Source: Camelus dromedarius (Eukaryota). From it: DNA of 64,000 nt. Under the pieces are notes generated by a model that saw only the letters and a program-made list of their open reading frames with translations, did no database searches and had not been told where the DNA came from. The stretch spans positions 60,762,001 to 60,826,000 of the forward strand of contig NC_087436.1 in assembly GCF_036321535.1 (NCBI RefSeq), written 5' to 3'. Each line of letters starts with the position of its first letter. Position 1 is the first letter of the stretch. This document shows positions 1 through 13,681 of this stretch, piece after piece. The translations under genes were made by a program, and so were the position numbers.

Positions 1-540
1 AGACGGGACTTTTGCCAACTTTATGACCAAACTTGTCTCTCTCAAGGACCTGAAAGACATCTCTTTAAAATGTGAACGTTAAAAAAAAAAAAAAAAAAAA
101 AAAGCTCATCTCCCAGTTTCCATATGAAGGTAGGAAGCTAACTTCAGTGGATGTCTTGCTCCAAGCTGCAAAACTATCACCTGTTATAAAGATATGGGAA
201 GTTAATTTTTTCTCTGGTAAATCCAGTGAGTTAGCACAGATGGTCACCCCAATTACCAGATGAAACTAGGATGGACTGCGTGTAAGAAATGGTGCTATTA
301 AGTCCTCTTACCTGATGATTAGTTATTGTTTCTCTTGAGAACATGTATGTAATGGGTTGTATCTGTGTAAGTCTATAAAAGGCTGAGATTTCTTTCTATC
401 TTTGCCACCTCTTAGTGGCCTGCCTATGATGTACATCATATTCTTATGCTTATTCAGAAGTAAAATTATTTTCTTCAGTCTTTGTGGAGAGAATTTCTGG
501 GTTGGGAGAAGATCTTGTTTTTAGTTGTATTTCCCCAACA
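1..540 (+). mobile_element. ERV1-type LTR, MER34-like, truncated by the window start
   Basis: TATA-like CTATAAAA at ~373. The end ...ttgtatttccccaaca resembles the MER34 3' terminus. A poly(A) run sits at 81-103. Family name from recall. Confidence 0.7.
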
Positions 541-1956
541 GTAAAAAGGAAATTACTCTAAATATGAATCCAGCACTTAGATGATCAATATCAGTAGGTT
601 TCATTTCAGAATTTCTACCCTTGCTCCCTCATCTCTGAGGTGCAAATCTTAATCGTGCAATCACTATTGAGCATGTAATGGGTAAGCCCTCTACTTACCT
701 GTAAACCTTCACCCTCCTCTTCTGATTATGGTCAGGCTGTTAAAAAACATGTGATTATTCTTTCACTTTTCCTTCTTCTGCCTTTCCTTGGTCATTCTCA
801 GTTCTTCAGATTTGTCCCATTGGAAACTGGTTTTCATCTCAGCCCTCACACTAAGCAGATACTCTGTCCCTGATTTTCCCTTCTGATTTTCTACTTCTAC
901 AGTCCCAAATTATGGCCACGGGATGGAAATTCTCATCCTCATGCTTTGGCATTAACTTCATTTCAAATGGCTCCTCCCTTACCCCAGTTTCAGAGTTAGA
1001 ATAACTTGCACATTCAAAGAGATGCTATACTCATGTATTAGTGTTTTTCTTCTAAGGGTGCTAGAAGGTCCAAGATAATTCCACTGTGCCTCGGGCAGTC
1101 TTTTTTTTTTTTTTTTTTAATTTTATCAATAGGTCAGAACTACATTTCAATTGGCAATTATCAACACATCAGCTGACATAGTCTCTTGGGTTCTAGCACC
1201 TCGTTTTCAAACTGTCACCAGTACTGTGATATCCCACGTTTAAACGTCACTAGTGCTGATAGGGAAGTCTTACACGGCACACTGTATGGTCGGTGATGTT
1301 CATTAGCAATGACCCTGTACGTATTTCCCAAATGTGATTCCCAGACATAAGTAACATCCAGAACACCAGCTTGTTTAATTGGACTGTTCTGTTAGGCAGT
1401 GGCTCAATCAGGAAAGGAAGAAATAACATGTGCACTTTCAGAATTCACTGACTTCTGAGTCACACTCCTCCACAATGATTTAAACGCTGCCTAGGGCTGC
1501 TTTTGTGTTCAACAAAATTCCTCTTATTTTTGATGGACGCCCTAGTTGACAGTCTCATGAGGGAATACTGTATGACCTTTTTTGCTATTAGCAGCAATAA
1601 TAACAGAGTTTCCTGTCACATGTATCTTTTTAATTTAAGATATCATATCCAAAGTCATAGTTCATCTTTTGCTTTTCCATAATAATTTTTTAAATTATAA
1701 ACAGATCACTACATCATTTTTGAACTTATATATCAGTGATTCTTGGACTAGGAGTTACAACTCCATAGCACCTCAAAATACACTCTGATATGGAACAAAG
1801 GAAAGCCATCATTTTATTTTACCTAGAGGTTTTTAGTGCAGCCATGCATTAGGATGGATGTCCAGAAACCTAGCAGTAATGTTACCCAATTAATACCTGG
1901 GTTCACTGAACCACTTTGAAGTCAACACAAAAAAATGTTTTAAGAAATCATCTCTT

Positions 1957-2601
1957 GTAAAGAAATTGAAATTCTTGTACACTGTTGGTGGGAATATAAA
2001 ATGGAATAGTTGCTACAGAAAACTATATGAAGGTTCCTCAGAAAGTTAAAAATAAAACTGTCATATGATCCAACAATCCTACTTCTGAGTATTTATCCAG
2101 AAGACTTGAAGAGAAAATAAAATTGATATCTGCACTCCAATGTTCATTGCAGTGTTGTTCACAACAGTCAAGATGAAGAAGTAAAATGCCCACCAGTAGA
2201 TAAAAGGGTAAACAAAATGTGGAATATACATACAATGGAATATTATTTAGCCTTAAAAAGGAAATCCTGCCATATGCTACAAAATAAATGAGTCTAGAGG
2301 ACATCTTGCTAAGTGAAATAAGCCAGTCATTAAAGAACAATTACTACATGATTTCACTTATATGAGGTATCTTAAGGAGTCAGACTCATCAACACAGAAA
2401 ATAGAATGGTGGTTTGCCAAGAGATGGGAGGAGGCAGAAGTAGGAAGTTGCTATTCAATGTGCATAAAGTTTCATTTGTGCAAGATAAAAAGTTTCTAGG
2501 TGTACAATATTGCACTTATAGTTACCAAAACAGTTATGTACACATTTGTTAAGAGGATAAAGCTCATGTTATGTGTGTTTTTTTATCACGATGAAAGAAA
2601 A
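1957..2601 (+). mobile_element. 5'-truncated LINE-1 (L1MA/L1MB-type ORF2 end and 3'UTR)
   Basis: Contains the L1 motifs tacactgttggtgggaat, atatgatccaacaatcctacttctg and atggaatattatttagcc, with an A-rich end. Flanked by the direct repeat aagaaatcatc at 1942-1952 and 2602-2612 (TSD). Confidence 0.9.
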
Positions 2602-3380
2602 AAGAAATCATCCTCGTGACCACTATAGTCAAAGAATAAATGCCATTATGACTCATAACGAGTTATGACCTCTGCCCACAAACATAATGATATAGCTACC
2701 AATGATGGTCACATTTCTCACCTCTGTCTATGCTTTATGACCACCAAAGTTTGCAAGTTATGAAAAAAGAAGAAATAGAAAAAATTCACAAATCTTTTAA
2801 ATTCTCAGTTTCCTATGTGTCTCAATGAGTAATAATACTTACCCTTCAGACTTGCCAGGTATAATAAATGTAATATATTTAAAGAATATGACCAATTTCT
2901 GATACATGAGAAGTAAGCAACTATCATACTACATGAATTCATTTAATAGTATCCTTGTTTATATAATTGACCTCGATATCTCTACATTTAATTAGAATGT
3001 TGTTCAAGGAGGTGACTCAATCATAAAGGGAAAAATAACATGGAGATTTTCATAGTGGACATAGACAAGTTTCTATGAAATGCATTAGCAGTTCTAAATT
3101 CAATTAAAATAAATTTCTTTAACTTGCACGGTGTTGCTTTGTTTTTTCAAAATAATTTACTGATTGATTTTCTGGAAAAAAAATCAATCTTTCCAAATAC
3201 CAATATGTATAAGTTATGCCACAATTTGGTCTTGCCAAGGGTACTACCAAAGTATGGTGCTACTCTTTGGCTTCAACTGAATATGAACTCATATGTGATA
3301 AATATATATGATTATGCAGGTAACCTTTATATACGGTCACTTTAATATCATTTAAAAAATGAGTAAGTTGCAGTGTACAC

Positions 3381-3738
3381 TGTGCTACATTCTTCCTGCA
3401 GCTTGGAGTGTTGACTGCTGAGGCTCATTGCTGAGTCCTTCCCCATGAGTTGCCTCCCACTGAAGGAAGCTGCCTTGCCCAAGGTTATACCCACTCCCTG
3501 CAGTCAGACTACTTCTATAACTGGTTGAATTGGGGTTTAAAGGCTTTGGTCCCTTGACTCACTTGGTACTCTAAAGAGTTTTGCTAGCTTCCAAACACCC
3601 CTTAAGATCAACTGAAGCCTCTTTTGCAACTTCTCCCTGTACCTTATTTTGCTTTGCCCATCCCTCACAGGCATCATATCTGAACACTCCCAATGAACTT
3701 TGCAAATCCGAGTATTTTTCTGAGTCCTGACCTACAAT
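3381..3738 (+). mobile_element. Ancient ERVL solo LTR, LTR16-like
   Basis: The stretch tgactgctgaggctcattgctgagtcc...tgccttgcccaaggttataccc...ccctcacagg...gacctacaa resembles the LTR16 consensus (recall). Confidence 0.65.
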
Positions 3739-4473
3739 ATAAGGCATATTGTTTTGAATTATTATTTTTCCTGACTATAAAAATTTTCAAACATAGAAAG
3801 GTTGAAAAAGCATTACAGTGACACCATGTATCTACTATTTAGATTCTACATTTATAAAAATTTTTACTATACTTGCTTTATCAGATGTCTATCCATCTAT
3901 CTTAAATTCATTATGAACATTTAAATATTTAATTTAAAATATTGGTAATCACCAAAAAGGTAAAATTGCAATGAAAATCTACATCAGCAAAGATCAGCTA
4001 CATGTTATCAAGATATTTTAAACTTATCTTGTACTTATTTAGGATGTTCAACCAAGACAGAATGAAAGCCATTACACGTTCAAAGGTTGTATGAACAATA
4101 GAAAGCAAACCTTACTACATACTTTGCAGATAACAATACCAACCACTCAGGATATACTGACAACCAGTGGTTGCTTGCCAAGCTTTCCTTTATTGAAACC
4201 TGCTGAAGAAATCAAAACAATATATCACAGGGTGGGAGTGTTTCTTACACGTTACCTAATGGACAGACCCTCTCATCATTCCTCTCCAGGGAAATGTCAC
4301 ACTTGCCAACGAGAAACAGAAACACTCATGGCAGATAGGAATTCAAGAAAAGTTTTATTATCCTGAAAGTCAACCATATTTTTCTATTGTCAAAATTCTA
4401 GTCCCTGGTTTAAGAACAAATTCTTCTCAAGTGATTGTGTGAAGCAGAAAATGCATGTGAAAATACTAGAGAT

Positions 4474-6307
4474 GGGGAGACGGAGCAAGATGGTGGAATA
4501 GAAAGACTCTGAGCTCACCTCCACTCACAAGCACACCAAAATCACAACTATTTGCAGGACAACCATTAATGAAAAAGACCATAACCTAACAGAAAATATC
4601 TTCTACAACTAAAGATATAAAGAAGGAACCACAACAATCAGGGTAGGAGAGGTGGAATCACCCTATAGTCAAATCCTAAACCCCTAGGTGGGTGATTCAC
4701 AAACAGGAGAATAATCACAACTGCAGAGGCTGTCTCAAAGGAGCAAGAGCCCTGCGTCAGGCTCACTAGCCCTGGGATCCTGCACCAGGACGACAAGCCT
4801 CCAGAGCATTTGGTTTTGAAGGCCAGCCAGGCTTACTTTTGGGAATTCCAGATGGCTGGGGAAAATAGAGACTTCACTTGTAAAGAGTGGACACAAAATC
4901 TTGCACACTCCAGAACCCAGGGCGGAAGCGGTAATTTGAATAGGAACCTGGGTCAGACCCACTTGCTGATCCTGGAGATTCTCCCAGAGACGCAGGACGC
5001 AACTACTGCTCTCCCTTGGGACATAGACACTGGTGGCAGCCATTTGTGGAAGTGCCTTCTACTACATGGACACTGGTGCAGGAAAGCGCCACTTTGGAAT
5101 CTTCCTTCTATTTTATTAGCCCCAAGACACAGCCCCACCCTGGCCCAACTATCTGCACGTGCCAGTGCTTGGATGCCTCAGGCTGAGCAACTAATGGACA
5201 GAGACACAGCCCCACACATGAACAGACAGGCTGCCTTAAGAACCCATGAACCCATATCCACCTCTGAATGGTTAAAAAGAACAAAACCTATATAAAAGCT
5301 GCCTACAAGGGACTCAATTCAGATCTAAAGACACACACAGACTGAAAGTGAGGGGATGGAAAAGGTATTCCATGTAAGCATAAATCAAAAGGAAGCCGGG
5401 GAAGCAATACTTACATCAAACAACTGGATTTTAAAATGGGCCAAAGACCAGAATAGACATTTTTCCAAGAAAGACATACAGATGGCAAAAAGGCACATGA
5501 AAAAATGCTCAACATTGTTAATCATCAGAGAAATACAAACTAAAACCACAAGGAGACATTATCTCACACCTGTCAGCATGACTGTCATCAAAAAGACCAC
5601 ATAACAAAGGCTGGCAAGAATGTGAAGAAAAGGGAACTTTAGTACATTGTTGGTGGAAATGTAAATTGGTACAGCCAATATGGAGAACAGTATAGAGGTT
5701 TCTCAAAAAACTAAAACTAGAACTGCCATATGGCTCAGCAATTCCACTCTTGGGTATTTAAAAAAAGGAAAACATAAATTAGAAAAGATATGGAAGCAAA
5801 CTAAGTGTCCATCACCAGATGAATGGATAAAGAATTGATGTGTGCACACACACTCACACACACACACACACACACAATGAAATACTACTCAGCCATAAAA
5901 AAGAATGAAATTTTGTCATTTGCAGCAATATAGATGGACTTGGAGGGTGTTATGCTAAGTGAAATAAATCAGATTGAGAAAGACAAATAATGTATGATAT
6001 CACTTGTAGAATCTAAAAGAATAAAACTAACTAGTGACAATAAAAAAACAGAAGCAGATTCACAGATATAGAGAAAAAGCTTGGTTACCAGTGGGGAGAG
6101 GGAAGGGAGGAGAGGCAAGATAGGGGTAGGGGTTGAAGAGATACTACTATGTATGAAATAAATAAGCTACAAGGATATATAGTACAACACAAGGAACATA
6201 GCCAATATTTTATAATAACTATAAATGGGATATAACCTTTAAAATTATGAATCAATGTTGTACACCTAAATCTTATTATTATAAATCAACTATACCTCAA
6301 TAGAAAA
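4474..6307 (+). mobile_element. Internally deleted cetartiodactyl-type LINE-1: 5'UTR, short ORF2 EN piece, ORF2 C-terminus and 3'UTR
   Basis: Starts ggggagacggagcaagatgg (L1 5' end with YY1 site). EN remnant at ~5263-5422 ([21 protein letters not shown]). C-terminal remnant [26 protein letters not shown]. The 3' end is aatcaactatacctcaat. A degenerate 15-bp TSD matches at 12/15 positions (4459-4473 vs 6308-6322). Confidence 0.9.
5845..5876. repeat. (CA)n microsatellite inside the L1 3' region
   Basis: cacacacactcacacacacacacacacacaca is directly visible. Confidence 0.95.
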
Positions 6308-8544
6308 GAAAACATTAGATATAAAAATGTGAGATTCACAATTGAAAGACTGCTTCTGAAAATTTTCAGACAGCATCTTCTTCAGGATGGATACAGAGGA
6401 TCAATTTGTGGGACTACATCATTAGCATCACCTCATCATCACCATCTAATCTAGGAGCTGAAGAGGTGGGAAACTTAGTTATAATTGGGGGAGGAGGGTC
6501 AATGACTCGGTTACATTGTTAAATCAGCTGTGCCCTAGATTATAGGAGCCAAACAAATGAATTTGCTCTTCCACAATCTCAGCTGAAAATGAAGGTTCAT
6601 TTAGTCTCACTAACATGAAATACAATTACCATAGGAGCATCTACTAGCTACCAATGCTGAAAAAATGCTCCTACTGTATAATGTTAAGCCTTAAAGTACA
6701 ATGACTAAAATTATAACAAATTTAAATAATTTGACTTTATTTAATAACATTTATTTTTCCATTTGACATTTTTTCTATATTATGATATCCATCTTGGCCA
6801 TCTGTTGATTTTAACATTTGACCATTCAACCTCTAGCCAAAATGCATGTACATTCAGTACACCTCAGTGATTTCACTGCTTTCCCTTTGTTAAGATGCCA
6901 GACTGAGTCTACATTGAAAAACTATGTTCTATATTTTTATGTTTAAAATTATGTAATATTCCTAGAAAAGCCTATTCCAATTTACTCAGAACCTTCAAGT
7001 ACTTTTGAAAAGTACTATTAAAATTCATTCTCTCAAGTATCCCTTTTGGAATTAGTGTAAGTTTCTACAAAATTTCAACAACAACCCAACAAAGTCAACC
7101 AGATTTTATTATTTAGAATATGTACACTCATTTTAGAGCTTGTGTAGAGTAACTTTTGGTTTTGAAACTTTTGCTAAAATATTTTTCAGTCTTCTGTAGA
7201 CAGCATGCTTTGCATACAGCTCTATTTTTTTTTTTTATTTTGTTAATGCAGAAAGTCAAAAATTAGGTTTTAAATATATGGCTTTACTAATTAAATATCC
7301 AATACTCACCAAGTGTGGACAAACGAGACAGGATGAACCACAGAGCTCTTGCGAGAGAAATCGGATGTTTGTACAACAGGGAAGATGCTGCTGTGGACAT
7401 ATTGGCACAATGAGCCCTGACTCACTCTCTTATTCAGAGCAGGTGCACATTTGGGCAGTAGCCTATGTCCATTTTTGAGGCTGTTATAAAAACAGCTAGA
7501 TAAATATTTCATGAATCTCAGGAAAGCAACTGGAAGAGAATAACTGATGAAAATAAATACCGAGGGCAAAGGGTATTCGACTAAAGTGTGGACATAGGGA
7601 AATTTGCCAGTTTAAACAGGAAACAGAAAGAGAAAGGAACATTAAAACTTCCTGACCTGAAGCAAGACTCTGTTGTCCAAAAGGAGATTCATCTTCCAAG
7701 TGAAAAAGTGACTAGTAGGTAAAGAGCTAGCTGACCCTAAATTTAACAATTTTACTGACCCAGAAGGAGATAAGTTCTGATGACACCTGATAGGTAGTTT
7801 TCAAAGGAGCTGTTCACACTGACAGTTGTCAAAATGGCTGAATGAGAGTGTTCATTATAGCATGGGTGCACACACAATTAAGTACATAAAATCTCTTTTG
7901 TTTTTAAATATAATCTCTCTTGTTTTAGCTAATGAGAGAAAGACTATTTCATCTTGCCCTTGTCATAATGGAGATGCAAACCCTTTTCTGAGTAAAGTAT
8001 ATTGGCTCTTTAAAAAATGATCTCCACTCTTTACAGAAGAAACCTGAGCTTTAATTCCTTGTTAAGAACCAAACATGCATGTGGAATACTTTGGGCTCTA
8101 TATTGTGGTACAATTACACTTCCTCATAACAGCTTTCTGGTAGTGAGTATTGGCTCACACTTTGTTTTAGAGCAGTAATGATTTTTTTTTTTTTGCAAAG
8201 ATGCACACATTATCTTTTTATTGAAATTCCATTAATACTTCATGGCTGAAAATTATTGTTTGTTATTACACAGTAGACATTCTTAAAAATTTTGACATTT
8301 TCTGAGTATTTTTTTCATTTCTTCTTTGAACAAGATATTTTTGAATTTTCTGTTATTTAAAATGCATAATTGTGTGGAACTCATACATGATGATTGTTTA
8401 ATTTGATCATCGTTGATGGTTGTACATTTTACTTATTTGATCCACTAACATAACAGAATATGACTGTCATTTTGTGAAATTTTGTGTTTAGCAATAATTT
8501 TTGAGGACCTTGCATCATTTACATCATGTGCAAAAGAAATCACT

Positions 8545-8685
8545 CCTGGCTTGAGAGTGAGCTCTTGTGTCAAATGGCTGAAGTTCGATCTTGAATCTAC
8601 TATCCATTAGCTGTCTGATATTGGGCAAATGACTTCACTTCATCTGTAAAATGGGGAAAACAATATTAACCACCTCACTGAGCTA
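8545..8685 (+). mobile_element. MIR SINE fragment
   Basis: MIR core: ttgaatc...tagctgtctgatattgggcaaatgacttcacttcatctgtaaaatgggg. Confidence 0.7.
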
Positions 8686-8689
8686 TTTT

Positions 8690-9050
8690 TTCATTTAGTC
8701 AATAGTTGATTTTGAAGGTTTGCTATGTGCCAGACTTTCTTCTAGACACCAAGGATACAGCAGTAACCAAAAAGAAAACCTCCCTTCCCTTTGGGCCATG
8801 TTGGTTCTATTGAAGGAGACATGGTATAAACACATACTATATAAAGTATGTAATAAAGAAAAGTAAGAGGAATAAAGAAAAAAATATCAGGAAAAGGAAA
8901 ATAGATGGACAGAGTTTTGCTACCTTAGATGGCCAATTAGGGAAGCCCTCCCTGGGTGAGAATGAAGAAAAGGCAAAACCTAGGGGAAGACGATCCCAGG
9001 TAGAGTAACATGTACAATCACCCTGAAATTAAAATAAGCTTATGTTTTGA
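8690..9050 (-). mobile_element. LINE-2 3' fragment
   Basis: tcatttagtcaatag...tgctatgtgccagac...ggatacagcagtaacc is the antisense pattern of the L2 3' end. Confidence 0.6.
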
Positions 9051-9079
9051 AAGAAGCACAGAGCTTACATGAATTTAGT

Positions 9080-9460
9080 CTTTACTATGTAGCAGGCTCT
9101 GTTCTAAGCGCTTGATACTTGTTATCTGTTATATCTCCTCCATAATTCTAAAAGTTAGGTGCTACTATTAATATCAGCCTCATCGTATAGATGAGGGATT
9201 CAAGACAGAGTGTTTTTAAGTAATCTGTTGAAGGTCACACAGCCAGGAGTGGATAGGCATGATAAAAATCCATGTTTGAATCCACGAACTGTGGTCTTAA
9301 CCACCAAGCTCCTATTACATGCCTGTGGCACCTCCCATGTAACTGATGAGGGAAGAAAGGTCCAGATAGGAACATGATTTGCCCACATTCACATAGCAAG
9401 TCAGGAGAGATGTTGGGACCAGCATCCAATCTTAGTGTTAGAACTAAACATCTAGTCACT
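9080..9460 (-). mobile_element. Degenerate MIR fragments
   Basis: tactatgtagcaggctctgttctaagcgc...atagatgaggg...aaggtcacacagc...tttgaatcc, followed by a second partial core at ~9340-9460. Confidence 0.6.
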
Positions 9461-10085
9461 CCTTTCCTAAGTGGTCACTGAGCCTCCTGTTACGAAAAAC
9501 CTTGTACCAGGCACCAGGGGCAGAGGAGTAAGTGTGAACCACAGAGAACAAGCCCCTGACCTCGTGTTAAAAATGAAGTAATTTATTCAGCATTATTCTA
9601 ATTTGGTGGTGACTTTCTCTCCCCTGCTACATTCTACCTTTCCCCCATGCTATCCCTGCCCTTTCCTGGCTATGTCTGTCTGGTGGCATGTTTGTCTCCC
9701 TTGCTGAACTGTGAGATCTTTTATGGTAGTAAGTGGGTTTGTTACAATCAGTCCCCATCCTGGCACTCAGTAGACAAACAGGGAAGAGCTTTTAAATAAA
9801 CATGTATATGTGTAAGATGATGTTGCTCAAGTATATTTATAGTAGCATTAGTTATAACAACAAAAAGTAGGAAATAACAAGTATCTATCTTAATGTAACT
9901 GGCTAAAATTATGAAGGTCAGAAATTTAATGCAGCCATTAAAATAAAAGACATTTTTATGATTTTTTAAAGCGTAACCACCATGCTATATTTTATTCCAT
10001 CTTTTTCATAGGATTCTTGCTAAGTTGCTATGGGTTTATAGGCAAGAACTGCTAATAGCTCATAGAATTTTTTCCAGTGACTATT

Positions 10086-10230
10086 GTTTTTTATTGAAGT
10101 AGAGTGATTGGAAATACTGCATTAGTTTCAGGTGCACAGCATAATGATTCAGTATCTTTAGAGACCATACTCGATTAAATGATCTTACATGATAATGGTT
10201 ATAATTCCTTGTTCTGTACAATATATCCTT
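10086..10230 (-). mobile_element. Short LINE-1 3'-end fragment (cetartiodactyl type)
   Basis: A T-run followed by attgaagtagagtgatt...ttagtttcaggtgcacagcataatgattcag...tacaatatatcctt. This is the antisense of the same 3' end seen at ~6170-6300. Confidence 0.8.
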
Positions 10231-10649
10231 AAAGCAGTAATGATTTCTATCAAAGTTTCACCAATAACCTTTCTCAGCTATATGAATGGGATATATAAAG
10301 GCTAGGGCGTTTCTGGCAGCCCAGATGTCAAATGTGTCACCTTCTTGCTCGCACAAATCTGATGACACCCCCAAAGACCTCAAGAGGAAAATCCTTCTTC
10401 TCTGAAGGGAGTATTCACATTGTCAGAGCAGATGCAATTGGGAAAGCTAAGAGTATACAGTCCTGAAGATTTTGGCTTGCCTGGACAAAATATATTTTAG
10501 CTTTTGTTGGTTCCAAATTTTGCCGGTTTTTCCCATCTTTGTTATAGCCATTTTAATTCCTCTACTTTTCAAATGCTAGGTCTGCCTCTGTCCCCACGTT
10601 ATTTGAAGTACGTGAAGACAAAGACAGCACAAATAAGTTCTCTTCCACT

Positions 10650-11300
10650 GTGATAGATCCAGGAATGGATGCATGGATTAGAGGCTGCATACTCAAGTGC
10701 TACAGTTTGGGAGATAGTGGCAAAACCTCTCCCAAACTCCAGCCTAAATCACCTTGGACATCTGCCTTCTTGTCTGAAATTATACATATAAAGATTCCTG
10801 CAGGGTCTCCTAAAGCATTCATACATGTACCGCAAGAGAGAATCAGCATTTGGTACTTTCACTCAGAGGTCACAACCAAGGCAACTGTCAGAGTCAAGAG
10901 AGGAAAAGACCAACCCCAATTAAATGCATCATTTGACTGACCCTTTTCTCCCATCTCACTTTTCTGTCTTCAGTAGAAGAAAAAGTGCTTCAGAAAAGGG
11001 AAAGGGAGGATGGGAAAAAGTCCCTAAATCAGATCTTTTCACTTTCCAACTCCAACTCTTTTGAGCCAAAAGTCCTGTTCCTATTGGAAGGATGAGAAAG
11101 ATTTAAATTGGGTACAAGCTGGCCCAGACTGATGTTTAATAACTGAAAGTGACAGGAAACCTATGGGATTTCTCCCAAGATATCATTAAAGGATAGAAAC
11201 GGAATGTCTACAGAGAACAGTTGAAGGAAGTAATTTTTAAAAGAAAGATTAACAATTTTATCTCTGTGTCCCATCAAATTCACCCTGTTCATTAATCTGT
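10650..11300. mobile_element. Possible ancient LTR remnant (MamGypLTR-like)
   Basis: Weak resemblance only: tttaaattgggtacaag...tttaataactgaaagtgacaggaaacctatggga...cattaaagg. No TSD seen. Confidence 0.3.
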
Positions 11301-12919
11301 ATCTCATATTTAAATTAGTCTAATCCTTTCCTCATTTAGTAACCAAACATGAAGTCACAGAGGAAATGGGGGTACCAATGAGGGAAAAGAAGTAAGTGTG
11401 AATTAGAAATGCAGTTTTAGGTGGACAGCCTGGGTGTTAACAGTCTTAAGAGTCAGAGCTACTATGTAGCAGACATTTCACCAGCATCGTTTGGGAATCC
11501 TGACAACTTTGTAAATTAACTAGTATTTATCCCAGCTTGCAAGTAAGGAAAGGATCTCAGAGAAATCAGGTGAATCAGCTAAAGCAATAGGTTCTAGAGT
11601 CAGGACTTGAAGATAGAGGTTTTCCTTACAAAGTCCAATCTTTGGTCATTATATATACCTCTGGAGGGGAAGGGGGCAGGGGTATTCGGGGTAATAGTGG
11701 TGGGGAAAGAAAAGAGAAGACTACAACCCAAAGAAGAAAAAGAAAAGAGAAAGGAGAAGTAGGAATATGCTGAAGGAAACTTTCCATCTTTATAATTATG
11801 ACGAGGACTGACCTGAAATATTTAACCTCACTATAGTTTATCCATGAGCAACAGAAGTACTGACTTAAAAACATGTAACATTCTTAGTGCTTTTCCCTTG
11901 TCAACCTACTCTTGGTTGTATATAAATGGCTGTCTTTCAGAAAGGAAATTGTGTGAGCCTATTTAGTCACAAAACCTGCTTCCAGAAAGTTCAGTATTCT
12001 AGTTTCAGATAAGCTGTTTATGTCTATGTTAGGGAAGACCTGAGCCAAGAAACAGAATTGAAAATGACATAAATTCCTACTCTTTCCTGTCATTTTGGGT
12101 TCATTCCAAGATTTTTTTATGTTGCAAAACATCAGACATAACAATATTTAAGTATGACCACATAAATACATTATTGAGCAAAAATATTGTAGAATTTATG
12201 CCATTACAAAGAATCTTAATCTACAGCTTTCTTTCATTAATGAACACATGTGAAAGCTTTTAAAGTCCTTTTGTATGAATGCAATATTAAAAACATAGGA
12301 ATAACATTATTCTTTCTCCTGTGCCTAACCTCCCCTTGAATATCTGCAGGCAAACATAGAACTTACCGTTAGATTTACCCATCAGTGATTTCACATTTAC
12401 CAGCCCAGCCAAGATCGTGTGCCCTCATCGTGCGTGCATTTACACATTCTTATGTGTGTATTCACACACCTGTGGAAAAGTGTTCATCAAGAGCAGCGTA
12501 TCTCTACTTTCTACTCTATACTGAGTTACGCTGATGAGTCCAGACATCCTATCAGAAGTAACTTTTGTTCCTTCACAATCACACTTCAGATCTTCTCTGG
12601 AATCAAATTATGAAAATGAGTACTGCTTTGAAATCTGAGACCCAAAATGATTGAAGATAAACCTTAAGGAAATCAAGAAATCATATGATAACTAAACCAA
12701 AAGTTAGTATGGTCTGTTTAAACTTTTTTTTTTTTTTTTTGGTATAATTTACATGGACGTAACATGAAGACTCTCCATACGTCTGCTGCCCACCACAAAG
12801 TCATTTGTTCTCTTACCCTGAGAACATAAGGACATGAGCACTAGAGAAGACTAGATAAACCCTGGTTTGACTACAAGCTCCATCGTTGGACACATTGGGA
12901 GGATAAAGTTGTTGCTCCC

Positions 12920-13100
12920 TTGGGAGCTAGACTTTGACACTCACAGCTTAGGGACTTGGGGCGGGTTACTTAATACTGTGTGTCCCACTTTCCTCATCCT
13001 TAGAAAGGAGATAAAAGTAGCATTGTCATATTGGTTGGATTAAATAAAACATTTTAAATACTTAAAATAGTTTCACAGACTAAACATCAGCTGCTATTAC
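12920..13100 (+). mobile_element. MIR SINE fragment
   Basis: gacttggggcgggttacttaat...ctttcctcatccttagaaaggagataa...ggattaaataa. Confidence 0.6.
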
Positions 13101-13681
13101 TTAACAGCAAGTCAATGTTTAGCATTAATATCTATCATAAAAAACTAGAAAGTTTTATTTTTATGAGGGAAAAAACATTATTTTTCCAAAAATAGAAGCA
13201 GAAAACACAACAAAAGATCCATGGGAAATGACATAATGCACCATGGTTTCTCCACTAATTCTACCTCTAGCCTTGCCTGGAGAGACCGGGAATTCACCCA
13301 AGCAGAACACCCAGACGGGTGAATTCCAGCTGCTCTGTCCCCCTGCCCCTTCCCTGTTAGCTGTTGCCTAGACGGGCCTTCCAGAGCTCACAAAGGGGAA
13401 GTCCTGCAGGCAATAGGCCTGGGTTAGTTCTGCCCTCTGGGAAGGAGACACTTTCAAGTGTTCTGCCTTTCATCTTCATTGTGGACCCATTTCAGCTTTT
13501 CCAGATCATTTATTATCTATTTCTAGGTTTGCCCTTCCTCCTAGTTTCTGCCCTCCAGCACCCTCAATCCAAGGCCAGTGGTGAAAAGGTTTACTCTGTC
13601 CTTGTTGCTCAGCCAGGGTTTCCTGCCAAAATGGAAAACAAAGAGATGGTGAAGAGACTGAGAGTGTTCCTGCCCACACAG

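Noticed and set aside
4810..5295. 161-aa ORF
   Set aside because: It lies in the L1 5'UTR, starts at a non-ATG codon and only clips the L1 EN remnant at its end. It is not a host gene.
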